Part shown: positions 31,519-42,248 of the stretch, one piece after another
Numbering within the stretch: position 1 is the first letter of the stretch
Layout: every line of letters begins with the position of its first letter
From: Histomonas meleagridis 2922-C6/04-290x
Taxonomy: Eukaryota > Protista > Parabasalia
NCBI GenBank assembly: GCA_020184695.1
Contig: JAANOX010000014.1
Span: forward strand, 1 to 64,000
Direction of reading: 5' to 3'
DNA length: 64,000 nucleotides
The notes under the pieces: generated by a model
What the model saw: only the letters and a program-made list of their open reading frames with translations
Told to the model about the DNA's origin: nothing
Database searches by the model: none
Made by a program: the position numbers and the translations under genes

Positions 31519-32634
31519 ATGAATCTGATCAATATAAATTCAAATATCGATTTCACATTATTTGCTTTTCATTGCACATGTCATATGAATGATTTTTCAA
31601 CCCTTTTTCCTCATAATGTATCTTCAAAAGAACTTCTAGAGTCACACGCACTAAATGGACTTCTATCACACATTAGTTGTTACTCTGCTATTTGGAAGCA
31701 ATTCTTAATAATTTTCCCAAATAATTCCAATAAAATTCTCGAATCACATATATGGATCAAAACTCTTCAAGAACAGCGAGCCATCTTTTCTGAAAAATTA
31801 AGCAAAGCTCAACAAAATCCAGAAAATAAAGAAGAAATTATTCTCAATTTCGGACATTCTTTCCATCAAGTATCAGGTTCATTAAACTCTGTTATACTTA
31901 ATTCTATTATCAGTGTTTTAAGTCTTTTTATCAAAAAAAATTCAACCAAGGACTTTATCAATTCTATTTGCAGCATTACAACATGGATTTATTATTACTT
32001 TGAGCTTGAATCCATTAAAAATGATGGGACTCCCATGGGCATTCTTCTTGATAAAGAATATATTTTTGTTGATCTTGCAATATGTCTTGATAAATTTTTG
32101 GTTACTTTTTCATATCTTTTCCATGCACGCCCCCAAGACATTTACGGACAGATTCTTTTCATGGTCAATAAAGTTAATCCTATTTCCAAGAAACCTTCAC
32201 TTGAAAGTATTCCAACAATTTTGCAATTATACAAAAAATTATTCACCCAAGTAACTAAGCGTAATGAAGTTGCAGGTGTTATCAGCATTATATTTTCCCA
32301 GTATCCTGATATATCTATTCTTCATTACTTCTATTCTTGCATCTTCCTCTACAGCGGTAAGGACATGCCCGATGAAAACGCAAAAGTGCCAATGATATCT
32401 ATCGGCTGTCAGTATGGCAGAACCGTTACGGTCGGACGATCAGTTTCGCCTGAATTGGTAATGGCAGGACAACTCGATGAATTAATAAAATTGATTAAAG
32501 ATTGTGATTCGAAACATAATAGAGAAGTGGTAAAGAATCAACTGGAAGCAATGATTCAAATTGTAGATGGAAATATTTTTGTTGCAGATTTATTGCCTGT
32601 AAGTGTTGTCGATCGCGTAATTCAAGATGAGTAA
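31519..32634 (+). CDS. Degenerate TBC (Rab-GAP-like) domain protein
   Basis: SAIWKQFLIIFP...WIKTLQEQRAIF resembles the TBC1D5-type N-terminal motif; TCATTT initiator at 31507-12. Confidence 0.6.
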   Translation: MNLININSNIDFTLFAFHCTCHMNDFSTLFPHNVSSKELLESHALNGLLSHISCYSAIWKQFLIIFPNNSNKILESHIWIKTLQEQRAIFSEKLSKAQQNPENKEEIILNFGHSFHQVSGSLNSVILNSIISVLSLFIKKNSTKDFINSICSITTWIYYYFELESIKNDGTPMGILLDKEYIFVDLAICLDKFLVTFSYLFHARPQDIYGQILFMVNKVNPISKKPSLESIPTILQLYKKLFTQVTKRNEVAGVISIIFSQYPDISILHYFYSCIFLYSGKDMPDENAKVPMISIGCQYGRTVTVGRSVSPELVMAGQLDELIKLIKDCDSKHNREVVKNQLEAMIQIVDGNIFVADLLPVSVVDRVIQDE

Positions 32635-32800
32635 AATGTTCATGTTAAATTGAAATTTTTTGTGAATTTTTTTTGATCAAATTTGTTATCATATTTCAAT
32701 CACTAAATTTTACGAGGTTTTTGTTCTCGTTGTCGAATAGGTTTTCAGTTTTCTTGTGAGTAAATAATAATAAAAAATGATTTGCGAAAAGTTTATTGAA

Positions 32801-35620
32801 TCAATCCAAGTTTTCGATTGTTTGCATTATTGTCATTGGCTGTGTTTGATCAATTCCTTGGAAAATTTGGAAATTGTTACTCTTTAATATTTCTGCGATC
32901 TCTTCAAATGATGGTCTTTCACTTGGTTCCATATTTAGGCATCTTTCAACCAATGGTTCCACGAAACTGCCGATTCCCTGTGTGCTTGAAAGCTGTGTCT
33001 TTATTTGACCCATCAATTTTCCGTTCATTAAAATCTGCAAATTGAATTTTGGCATTATTGAACTTACAATGAAGTACACCAACATTCCGAATGAATACAC
33101 GTCAGCCTTTTCAGTCAAATCTTCTTGACTAAGTAATTCAGGAGAATTAAATAATAAGGAATTTGAACCCTTACCTAAAATGTCATCTTCATCATCGAAA
33201 TATTTATCGCCAATGCCAGCTATTCTCACGTCACCCTTTGAATCGATTAAAATATTTTCTGGCTTAAGCGAAAGGATCGGTCCGATTTTACGGTTAATAT
33301 ATTTCATCGTTCCCACAATTTCAGAGATAATCACAGCTTTTTGAGGCGCCGATAGCGATTCTGATTCAATTGCTTTCCGAAGGTTACTGTTAACGTACTC
33401 CATTACAGCCAATGTTTGACCGTTTTTAAGTTTGATGTCATAAATTGGCAAAATGTATGGGTGATTTCCAAGTTTTTCATAATCACTCTTAATTTTTTCA
33501 ATGGACTCGCTAGCGGTTGACTTGTTTCTGTAATGTTTCAATGCGAAAATATGGCCATCACTTGAAGAAACCTTGAAAACAGATGTCATAAAGCCAGTAC
33601 CAATTTGTTCCATTTCGTTCAATTGATCATCAACAGATACTTTCGGTATATCAACTTTTGGTAATTCGATTGTTGGAACATTTGTAGGAACTAAAGGTAT
33701 AACAGGAATAGTTGGAATCACAGGCAAAGTCGTGTTATTAAGTGGAGGTATGACAGGTATTGAGAAATTATGCGGTGGTGGTATTACAGGTAAATTGGAA
33801 CTAACAGGCTGAGGTATCACAGGCACTGAAGGTAATGGTATTGATGGCAATGGAATCACAGGTAAGGTTGAAGGTTCAGGCGGAGGTATTACTGGCAAAT
33901 TATTTGTCGTTGAAGGCTGAGGCAACGAATTTATCGGCGGCGGTATTGATGGCTGTGGCTGAGTTCTTGGTGGCGGCAAAGTATAAGAAGATTGTGGCGT
34001 AACAATTGGCTGTGAATTAGTTAATGGAAGTGTTGGCGCTACTGTTGGACCAGATTGCAATGGCGTTGGCGAAGTTTCTTGGAATTGCTCCATTAATGAT
34101 TTGATTGATTTCTCTTGTTTGGATGACCTTCTTCTCCTTTGAGATGAGAAAGATTGATCATCGCCAACACTTTGTGAAGAACGTGTTCCATGTCTTCTAT
34201 GTTTCTTATGACGTGTACTTTCTTGTTGTTCTTCAGTTTGAGATATCTCTGACATTTGTTGTTGTTGTTGATCTGGAATTTGTTGTGGGATTACTTGCTG
34301 CAAATTCGGTGATGGTGATTCCGATTGTGAGCTTGGGATTCCATTTGGTATTATTGGACTTGCATTTAATGACTTTGATGAGTTCGGAATACTATTATCA
34401 AGAATCGGACTAACAAGTGGCTGAGATTGAGGTGGAGAGTTATAAGATTGACGTCCAAATGTTTGTAATGGTGATGATGCTGGTGGTGACAATGATGATG
34501 ATGGTGAAAATGTAAAACTATTTGATCGATTAGATGATGCATCACTACCATTCCTTGTAGTTATTTGTTCTCGAGGAGCACCTGTACCATCGATTAATGA
34601 TTTATCATAAATAATGATATTAATCGAAGCTGGGGCACCATAAAATGATTTGGCCTCAAAGAATATACGGTTTTTGGTCATAAAGTCAACGATACGCAAA
34701 TTGAGACAATTACGGAAAAGTAAATGGGGCACATAAGTGACCCCCTCTGGGAACTCAATGTCGATGATGCTTGTGTCTCGAAATGCTTCAGATCCAATAT
34801 GATATAGTTTGGAATCTGGCTCAAAGATGATGGAAGTAAGGTCTTTGCAATAATAAAATGCATATGAGCCAATCTTAAGAACAGAGGCTGGAATGACAAT
34901 TGAGGTGATGCCAATGGCTTGAAATGCTGAATCTTCGATGACAGAAAGTTGGGAATATGGTGAGAATTTGAGTTCAGTAAGTTCACGCGAATTGAAAAAG
35001 GCTGCATAACAAATATCAGCAGTTGTATTTGGAATCTCTATCGATTTTATAGATGTGGAACTAAGAGATTTACGGCCAATATGACGAAGAACTGTGCCAA
35101 AATCAAAAGTAAAAGATTCAATTTTCTTGCAGTTTTCAAATGCACAATCACAAATTTCTTGAACAATACGTGGGACAACAACATTAGTAATATTACGAAC
35201 AGCTAAAAATAAGAGAGTGCTGTCAGCTGAAAAAAGCATTCCATTTGAAAAAGAGAAATTGGTGCAACCAGGTGCAAGTTGTATGTCATTAAGTTGGTCA
35301 ATGTTTGAGGACCAACCAGGTTCAAGCACTTGAAGACTAGGAGGAATGGTTAAAGATTTGATATGTGATTGTGAAAAACAATCTTTACAAAACTTTCGAA
35401 CACAAGAGCCTTCTTCAAAAGAGAGTGAGTTTATGTTTACCCTGCTGAATGCTTTGCGACCAATTTCAGTTACAAAAAATTGTTTTCCTTCATGTTGAAT
35501 AACTTTTGGAACAATAATGTCACCTTTGTTGTTTGCTTGCGGAGATCTAATGAGAACAGCTTCCCCATTGTTGTGTAAGGAGTATGTAAGGGGATCAATA
35601 GTTACGATTTCGAATGACAT
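32801..35620 (-). CDS. BspA-like LRR + Pro/Ser-rich linker + C-terminal pseudokinase domain
   Basis: About 10 LRR_5 repeats (IGSYAFYYCKDLTSI, IEDSAFQAIGITSI); a Pro-rich linker; a kinase fold with GTGFMTSV, ALK, LKPENIL, SPE, DVYSFG and ERPSF. No signal peptide or TM. Likely start ATG 35620. Confidence 0.88.
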   Translation of the reverse strand: MSFEIVTIDPLTYSLHNNGEAVLIRSPQANNKGDIIVPKVIQHEGKQFFVTEIGRKAFSRVNINSLSFEEGSCVRKFCKDCFSQSHIKSLTIPPSLQVLEPGWSSNIDQLNDIQLAPGCTNFSFSNGMLFSADSTLLFLAVRNITNVVVPRIVQEICDCAFENCKKIESFTFDFGTVLRHIGRKSLSSTSIKSIEIPNTTADICYAAFFNSRELTELKFSPYSQLSVIEDSAFQAIGITSIVIPASVLKIGSYAFYYCKDLTSIIFEPDSKLYHIGSEAFRDTSIIDIEFPEGVTYVPHLLFRNCLNLRIVDFMTKNRIFFEAKSFYGAPASINIIIYDKSLIDGTGAPREQITTRNGSDASSNRSNSFTFSPSSSLSPPASSPLQTFGRQSYNSPPQSQPLVSPILDNSIPNSSKSLNASPIIPNGIPSSQSESPSPNLQQVIPQQIPDQQQQQMSEISQTEEQQESTRHKKHRRHGTRSSQSVGDDQSFSSQRRRRSSKQEKSIKSLMEQFQETSPTPLQSGPTVAPTLPLTNSQPIVTPQSSYTLPPPRTQPQPSIPPPINSLPQPSTTNNLPVIPPPEPSTLPVIPLPSIPLPSVPVIPQPVSSNLPVIPPPHNFSIPVIPPLNNTTLPVIPTIPVIPLVPTNVPTIELPKVDIPKVSVDDQLNEMEQIGTGFMTSVFKVSSSDGHIFALKHYRNKSTASESIEKIKSDYEKLGNHPYILPIYDIKLKNGQTLAVMEYVNSNLRKAIESESLSAPQKAVIISEIVGTMKYINRKIGPILSLKPENILIDSKGDVRIAGIGDKYFDDEDDILGKGSNSLLFNSPELLSQEDLTEKADVYSFGMLVYFIVSSIMPKFNLQILMNGKLMGQIKTQLSSTQGIGSFVEPLVERCLNMEPSERPSFEEIAEILKSNNFQIFQGIDQTQPMTIMQTIENLD

Positions 35621-35885
35621 TAAACGCAATTTATTTTAAATCATTGAAAAAGTTCAAAATAAACTATATAAAATCGCCATTGTTCGCATTATTATCGTTG
35701 TGCAATTGTCATAACTGTTGGGGTGCTCCGTAATACATAACGATAATGAATTATACGTTTACGTCTTTGAACGAGAAAAACGTTTATTTTGCCATTTTCT
35801 TTGAAGTTAACGGTTAATGGAGGCGCCTCCATTTTTGCCAAAAAATAAACTACAGAAAAATTGAATACCTTTAACATTAAAGCAG

Positions 35886-36308
35886 ATGTCCTCGTTTGCT
35901 GAAAGAAGAGCACTTCTTGCTCGTACTTTTCAAACGCCTGGACCACCACCACCAAGTACTGGAGGAGGACCTCCTCCAGTACCTGTATTTGTGCCTGGAA
36001 TGCCAATGCCAGGATCAAATGATGAAGATGAAGGCGATACTAGAAGACCACCACCAAAACCAGTGGTTCCTACATATACTTTTCCTGAAGTATCAGGATC
36101 TCCATCACAATTTAAAAAATCAAAGAAAGAATATCCATCAAAAGCAAAAACAGGAACAGAAGGATGTAATGACTTCCATTCATATGTTATGGAAAATTCT
36201 CCTTCTTCTTCTACAAAAGCAGAAAAATCATCAAAAAGTGATTCTGGAGGAAGTGCTCCGCCTCCTCCGCCCCCACCTCCACCAACACTTCAGAATTATC
36301 GCGATTAA
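35886..36308 (+). CDS. Small polyproline-rich protein
   Basis: 140-aa ORF with PPPP tracts and an N-terminal SFAERRALL helix; a possible actin/SH3 adaptor (unverified). Confidence 0.7.
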   Translation: MSSFAERRALLARTFQTPGPPPPSTGGGPPPVPVFVPGMPMPGSNDEDEGDTRRPPPKPVVPTYTFPEVSGSPSQFKKSKKEYPSKAKTGTEGCNDFHSYVMENSPSSSTKAEKSSKSDSGGSAPPPPPPPPPTLQNYRD

Positions 36309-36641
36309 TAAATACTACCATTTGATAAAATTTCGTTAAACATTTGAATTATATATAATTTCGAATAAACATCTTATCAATAAGTTCCTCATTTTTTTAT
36401 GGAGATTATTCAAGAATCAGTTGATTTAAAATCTTTTATTTTTTTTTCGAAATGTCCGCAAAGGTTGGTTAAAGCAACAGAAAAGAATTGTGTGAATACG
36501 ATTAAATCAGTCACAATTCTATTTACGTTTATAGAAAATAATTGAGTATACTCTCAAACAAAAAATGTCACGTATGATTTTGGAACTATTTTTTTTCAGT
36601 GAATTTTCGAAAATTATTGCCAACCTTCACTTCACTTATAA

Positions 36642-37781
36642 ATGTTTTTCTATTTTGCATTCCTTCAAATTGGTCAAAGTGTGAGTGCTAAAGCCATCGC
36701 TTATAACTCTGCACCTAATACAATTGAAGAACTGAAGCAACAATTTCAATTAAGTATCGATTTTGAAACGGATTCATATGGAAAATCTCTTCTTGAAGAT
36801 TTATCTGATGCCTTAAATAGTATAGAAAGTTCTGAAAAGACAGTTGAAGTTCGAATCAAACTTGCTGATGAAGTTGGAAGTGCCGACATTGGAATTATCT
36901 TAGTTCCTGATAAAACAGAATTTCAGGTTGACATTACAAATCTCAAAGACAAGGTTATCTTATTTACATGTAGCGGTCCTTCAAGCGCGATTTATTTATT
37001 TTCGGATGTTACAGATATGAAAAATTCTGGTAATATTTTTTTTACTGATTTACCACTTGTGACTATAAACGTTTCTGTTGATACAATTGCAACTCAAGGT
37101 CGTGTTGAAACTACAGGATATCCCATTCTTAATCCTCGTAATCTTGTTACAAGTGAAACTGATGTTTTACGTAATGGTAATATTTGGGAAGGTACAAATA
37201 AGATATATGCTTATGAAAGAGATGTACGATCAGTCGTAATTGTCGATAATGGATGTTACTTGAATGCTGATCCTAATACTTATATAGAAAATGTTACTTC
37301 ACATCTGATTGGACCTGAACAATTGGTTGAATCGGAACTTCTCGTAAGAACAGGAGCAATAGCATAAAAAAATCATGAAGTCAATTTATACATTGATAAT
37401 GTACAATCATTATTCTTTTCCAACATATTCGACAAATATCTGGAAACAATGTATTATTATACTATGGACAAAACCAAATTAAAAAAAATTAAAATAGTAT
37501 CAGAAGGTGAATTTGAAGACTCAAGCGTCGTATTAAAGATATATGCTAACCATAGAATAAGAGATTTAATCGATATATCAGATTTACCATCTGGAATCAC
37601 AGCGTCGGTTGAAGGACATGAAATATTTGGATTTGCAAATGAAGGAAGTGGATTATCAACAGCAATAATTGTGGTGATCGTAGTTGTAGTGATAGTTGTT
37701 GTGGCTGGCGCGTGCGTTGGAGGGTTCTTCTTGTACCGTCATTTGAAGAAAAATAAAAAGTCGTCGTCTTCCTCAGCATGA
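36642..37781 (+). pseudogene. Type I surface protein interrupted by a single in-frame TAA (37365-37367)
   Basis: ORFs 36642..37367 and 37449..37781 are in the same frame, and the 27 intervening codons are open. There is a signal peptide at the start, a TM (AIIVVIVVVVIVVVAGACVGGFFLY) near the end, and tandem TCACTT initiators at 36627-37. Confidence 0.75.
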
Positions 37782-37924
37782 AGAGAAGAAATTTACTAAA
37801 AACCAATTTTTTAAATTTACAAATATTTGGATGCATATATATATACATTCGTGAACCTTTTTTATAGAATGAAAAAGTATATTGCAACGCATTTTTGAAG
37901 AATATTTCATTTTTAATAACTTAC

Positions 37925-38105
37925 AATTCGATGCAATTATAAAAGTAAAAATTTCTGCATTTTATACAGCAAATACTTTCTAGTGCAAGGATCATTGTAT
38001 ATTTTTCCCAAGCAATTAGTAGTTGTATAAAAGTATACAGTTTTTCAGGGTGTTTTTATTTATTAATCGATATGCAGTATGTTTAAAACTATCGAATAAC
38101 AATTT
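37925..38105 (-). repeat. Dispersed intergenic repeat copy B, probably a decayed BspA-LRR relic (partner 18200..18460)
   Basis: Colinear homology to copy A; the minus-strand translation gives INKNTLKNCIL and FYNCIEL. Confidence 0.7.
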
Positions 38106-38154
38106 ATCATAGAGAATATATGTAATTCTTAGTAGTAATATGTAAAGTTTGTTA

Positions 38155-40593
38155 TCAATTGCCAACTTGGCCAAGATGATATATTGTAATTGATTCTTCA
38201 TTAATAATTCCATTACATGTAACATGTTTTTTATTATTTGGTAATAAAACAAAACTTGAATCAGAAAATTTTAAAACATTTTCACTTTCCAAATGTACAA
38301 AGAAAGAAGGTTTATCTGTTTCGAGAACAATTTTTGTTTCGTTTTTATTAATATCATTTTCAACATTCATTTTTATATTTGCATTTAATATATTACAATT
38401 TTTATATGAAGTCACAAAATGAAAATTATTAATTTCTTCATTATTAACTAAAATTGAGACATAAAAGAAACCCAAATTACGTTTATACTCAAATTCGTCG
38501 ACATTTAATTGCCAAATTATATTAATATTATCCGATTCACAATTAAATTTAATATTATTCCATTCATTTATTATAACCCCCTCAAAATTAATCCATTTTA
38601 TCATAGCTAAACCTTCAATTTCATTATATTTATCATTCACAACTATACATTTTAAAACATTTTCATCTTTATCCTCATAAAAAGTAACTAAAATCGGATT
38701 ATAAAACCTTTTCACATGATATTGTAATTGTTTCCATCTTCCGCAATACTCAATACTTGACCATGACGAAGTTGGCCAACAATCATTTAATTGCCAATAT
38801 AACATTCCGCGATTAATTGGCTTTAAAGTTCTCCAAAATTCGCAGCCCATTTTAATCGCAATTGATTGTTGAACTTGACTTAAATAAAGACAATGTTCGA
38901 AAGTTTTCGGCTCCTTAAAATAATGATTAAACATGTTTTTGATCAATTTATTTCCGGATTTATTTTTTTGATGATTTTCGAAACCTTTTGACTCAATATC
39001 AAATTGATCTTTAGTTAAAAACATGAATAAAGTAGGAAAAGATGGATAACTTTGATATCCAAACTCAGAACAAAAACGTGGTTTAACATCATAAAATGAT
39101 TCAAAAGGTTTTCCGCCATGCCAAACTTCCCAATAATGAATATCGCCTTTGTTTTGTGAAAACCATTTTCCTTCGTAATCAAATGTTCCGTCGGAAGGTG
39201 ACGAAGGCCAAAACAAACGATTTTTATCATATTTTTCAACATTTTCCTTAAGGAATTGATTAAAAACTTTATATTGTTCACGTAACCATTTTTTATAACT
39301 TTCGGTAAAATTAAACCAATTAATTGCTAAAAAATTTTCGTTGTCACCACACCAAATCACTATTGATGAATGATGTTTGTTTCGTATAAGTTGACACTTA
39401 AGTTCTTTCTTAACTTCACGTAAAAATTCTTTTGTAGTTGGATATTGTGCACATGAAAACATTAAATCTTGCCAAACTAAAACACCAAATTCATCACATA
39501 TATCATATAGAAAATCGGGATAATATCCGCCGCCCCAAACACGAATCATATTCATGTTCGAATGAACGACGTCTTCAATTAATGAATAACATTTATCATA
39601 TGTAATTCGCGATGGAATTGAATCAGGCGGAATGAAATTTGCGCCTTTAACATTAACTATTTTATTATTAAGCTCAAATTCAAATGTGGTTCCATAATGA
39701 TCTTCATTACGATTAACTTTAAGTTTACGTATTCCAATCTTTTTGGTGATGATTTGATCTTCAATAGAAACAGAAAATTCATAAAGTTTTCGATTGCCGA
39801 TTTCATAAATGTTCCACAATTCGAATTCGTTTGGAGTTATTTCGAAGGATTCGATGAATTTCATTGGATCAATTGGTTTGATAATTTTTTCATGAGTAAC
39901 GCCATTAAAGTTAAAAATAAGCGATGTGTCTTCATTGGATTTATGATAGCATTGAAGATGCGCTTCTATTTTAATGCGAGGAAATTCATCTTCCCAAAAT
40001 TGTTCTGCTGATATATCAACAAGATAATAATGTCTTATTGGTATGAGCTTGATGGGTTTGTAAATGCCACATGGAATAAGACATGGTCCCCAATCCCAAC
40101 CTGATTGAAATTGTGGTTTACGAATTAAATTCATGTTGGGTACTTTGTTGTTCCCTTTACTATATGGATACACGTCAGGAAGAAGTCGTTCTGCACGATT
40201 ATTTGCTTCTTTTGTGGGATCATGAAAGATAATTTTGATTTTGTTTTGTCCTTCAATAAGATATGGCTTGATGTCTAAATGATAAAATTCAAAGCAGTTG
40301 TTTGTCTTCTTAATGAAAATATCATTAATATAAAATGATGCGAAAGTATCAACCATTTCTAAAGATAAAATCATAGAATTATGTGAAAGGTTTGGAATTT
40401 CGAATGTCCTTTGTATTTCCCATTCTACTTGATGAACCCATTGAGTTTCATTTTCATTTGATCCAAAATAAGGATCTGGAATTAATTTTGCATCTAACAA
40501 TGCGGTATGAACATCTCCAGGAACTTGCATTTGTATTTGACTTAAATTTTTTTCAGTGCAAGAAAGAAGCCAAGTTCCATTTAATGTTTGCAT
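38155..40593 (-). CDS. Beta-mannosidase, glycoside hydrolase family 2 (bacterial type)
   Basis: VPGDVHTALL, IRKPQFQSGWDWGP, KGANFIP, MIRVWGGG, VWQDLMFSC, WCGDNE (acid/base), RFCSEFG (nucleophile), YWQLNDCWP. Confidence 0.95.
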   Translation of the reverse strand: MQTLNGTWLLSCTEKNLSQIQMQVPGDVHTALLDAKLIPDPYFGSNENETQWVHQVEWEIQRTFEIPNLSHNSMILSLEMVDTFASFYINDIFIKKTNNCFEFYHLDIKPYLIEGQNKIKIIFHDPTKEANNRAERLLPDVYPYSKGNNKVPNMNLIRKPQFQSGWDWGPCLIPCGIYKPIKLIPIRHYYLVDISAEQFWEDEFPRIKIEAHLQCYHKSNEDTSLIFNFNGVTHEKIIKPIDPMKFIESFEITPNEFELWNIYEIGNRKLYEFSVSIEDQIITKKIGIRKLKVNRNEDHYGTTFEFELNNKIVNVKGANFIPPDSIPSRITYDKCYSLIEDVVHSNMNMIRVWGGGYYPDFLYDICDEFGVLVWQDLMFSCAQYPTTKEFLREVKKELKCQLIRNKHHSSIVIWCGDNENFLAINWFNFTESYKKWLREQYKVFNQFLKENVEKYDKNRLFWPSSPSDGTFDYEGKWFSQNKGDIHYWEVWHGGKPFESFYDVKPRFCSEFGYQSYPSFPTLFMFLTKDQFDIESKGFENHQKNKSGNKLIKNMFNHYFKEPKTFEHCLYLSQVQQSIAIKMGCEFWRTLKPINRGMLYWQLNDCWPTSSWSSIEYCGRWKQLQYHVKRFYNPILVTFYEDKDENVLKCIVVNDKYNEIEGLAMIKWINFEGVIINEWNNIKFNCESDNINIIWQLNVDEFEYKRNLGFFYVSILVNNEEINNFHFVTSYKNCNILNANIKMNVENDINKNETKIVLETDKPSFFVHLESENVLKFSDSSFVLLPNNKKHVTCNGIINEESITIYHLGQVGN

Positions 40594-40798
40594 TTAACCA
40601 AAATAAAAAATAAACAAATTTATCGTCAAACAATAACTTTACTTAGATAAAATAATGATTAACTGCAGCTTTAAATGTTTCATTGGATTTCAAGTAGTAA
40701 AAAATAATTTGATAATTAAAAATCTCAAAATAGTTTAACTACAAAAAGATCAGCAATGTATAGTCTATTATTCTATTTTATTTAACAATTAAATTTTC

Positions 40799-41518
40799 TT
40801 AATCCGCTTTTTGCATATCTTCGACAAGGAAGAGTGGAAGGCAACAAAATGGGTCATCAAAGAACGACAAAACATCAATGGACTCCGAGTTAGCCATCAT
40901 TTGCTTTTGTGGGTATAAAGGAACAGCTTGTGGGAGATCAACAATAGTTTCCTCAATACATGGTGATGAGAAAGTATATGACTTAGAATGAGGTATTTCT
41001 TCAGTAACTAATGGATTTGGTGTTACTGGTGAGTAATTCTTAATATGCCATTCTCTGGCAAAGTTTTGGTCCGACTCAAAGAGAGGAATATACTTGCAGA
41101 GCTCACTTAAAGGTCGAGCTGATGTCATGAAACCTATTTTCTTTAAAGATCGATTCAAATCAGAATTCGAAATTTTGAGTAATGAACAAAGTTGTCTGTT
41201 ATTTACCGCAATACCGGATGGTATCCAAAAGATACCGCAAGCGATAGCTCTTCTCCATTCATTTTCACCTCCGGTTTGGATGAAATTTTTGATTTCGGAA
41301 ATTTTCTCCGAAAATGTCTGTTTGCTTTCTCTGATCCTTCTCTTGAGCTCGTCGAACAAGTACTCTTCCTCGCCAATAAGTCTGATTTGATTGTTCCTGG
41401 CAAAGCCGATCTGATCTTCCATCTGTTTTATGGAAAGTGAAAAACGGTTTTGAAATTGATGATTATTTATCACCGAATTGAAAACGTTATATTGTTTTTG
41501 TGTTGGAAAATTTTTCAT
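40799..41518 (-). CDS. Parabasalid IBD-related winged-helix DNA-binding protein
   Basis: TFSEKISEIKNFI...WRRAIACGIFWIPSGIAVNNRQL..LLKIS.S.LNRSLKKIGF matches the expanded trichomonad IBD subfamily; C-terminal FFDDPF. Confidence 0.7.
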   Translation of the reverse strand: MKNFPTQKQYNVFNSVINNHQFQNRFSLSIKQMEDQIGFARNNQIRLIGEEEYLFDELKRRIRESKQTFSEKISEIKNFIQTGGENEWRRAIACGIFWIPSGIAVNNRQLCSLLKISNSDLNRSLKKIGFMTSARPLSELCKYIPLFESDQNFAREWHIKNYSPVTPNPLVTEEIPHSKSYTFSSPCIEETIVDLPQAVPLYPQKQMMANSESIDVLSFFDDPFCCLPLFLVEDMQKAD

Positions 41519-42224
41519 CAGCCTGATTTTAATTCAAAAAGTTTGGTTTGGCGGTTGAAGATTTTCCGCTGGAAATAACGGTTTATAACGAGGCAACGAT
41601 TTCACAAATCCTTATCAGATAAAAGAAATCGAAATATGAAACAATAACGCTAAAAAACATGCGAAATGTATTGTTAACAAAGTTTTCTTATTTTGTTTTT
41701 GCTATGTGATTAATATTTGTAAAATGCTATCTCAATTTCAACTAATTAGATTGGTTGTTTAATTCTTTTTCACAGTAAAAAGAAATAACTGTTTTAAAAT
41801 ATTTCATTTTGCATTAAAAAAAATTTAATTTTCAAAATAATTTTATTTTTTCCTTTACCTTTTGATTGAATAATAACTTTTGCATTCTGATAGGTAGCAT
41901 CCCACTAATTTTTTAAGGAATATTACCAAATTTATCAAATTTTTTATTCAGAATAATTTCAAGATTTTACATTAATTTTAACCAAAATTTGTTGCTTATA
42001 TTGCATAAGCTATAGCTTTCATAATATGACGAGTTAAATGAAGGGATTTAAGAAATAAATTCCAAATCAATTGTTTTGTAATCTCAATTTTTTTTCAAAT
42101 GATGTTTAACAACTAGTTAATATTTGCTTTTTTATTTTAAAATGATTATTGTTTTTTAATAGTCACAGCCAGAATTTTTCTTATTTTCACCGTAGTCAAA
42201 CAACCGTCAAAACAAGATAGTTTT

Positions 42225-42248
42225 AACCGTTTTTCATTTTCTTCATTT
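42225..42248 (+). promoter_or_regulatory. M3-like AACCGTTT plus tandem TCATTT initiators
   Basis: AACCGTTTTTCATTTTCTTCATTT lies directly before ATG 42249. Confidence 0.6.

Noticed and set aside
37365-37448. Short intron removing the premature TAA
   Set aside because: No trichomonad intron signature (GT 5' site with ACTAAC...AG) around the stop.
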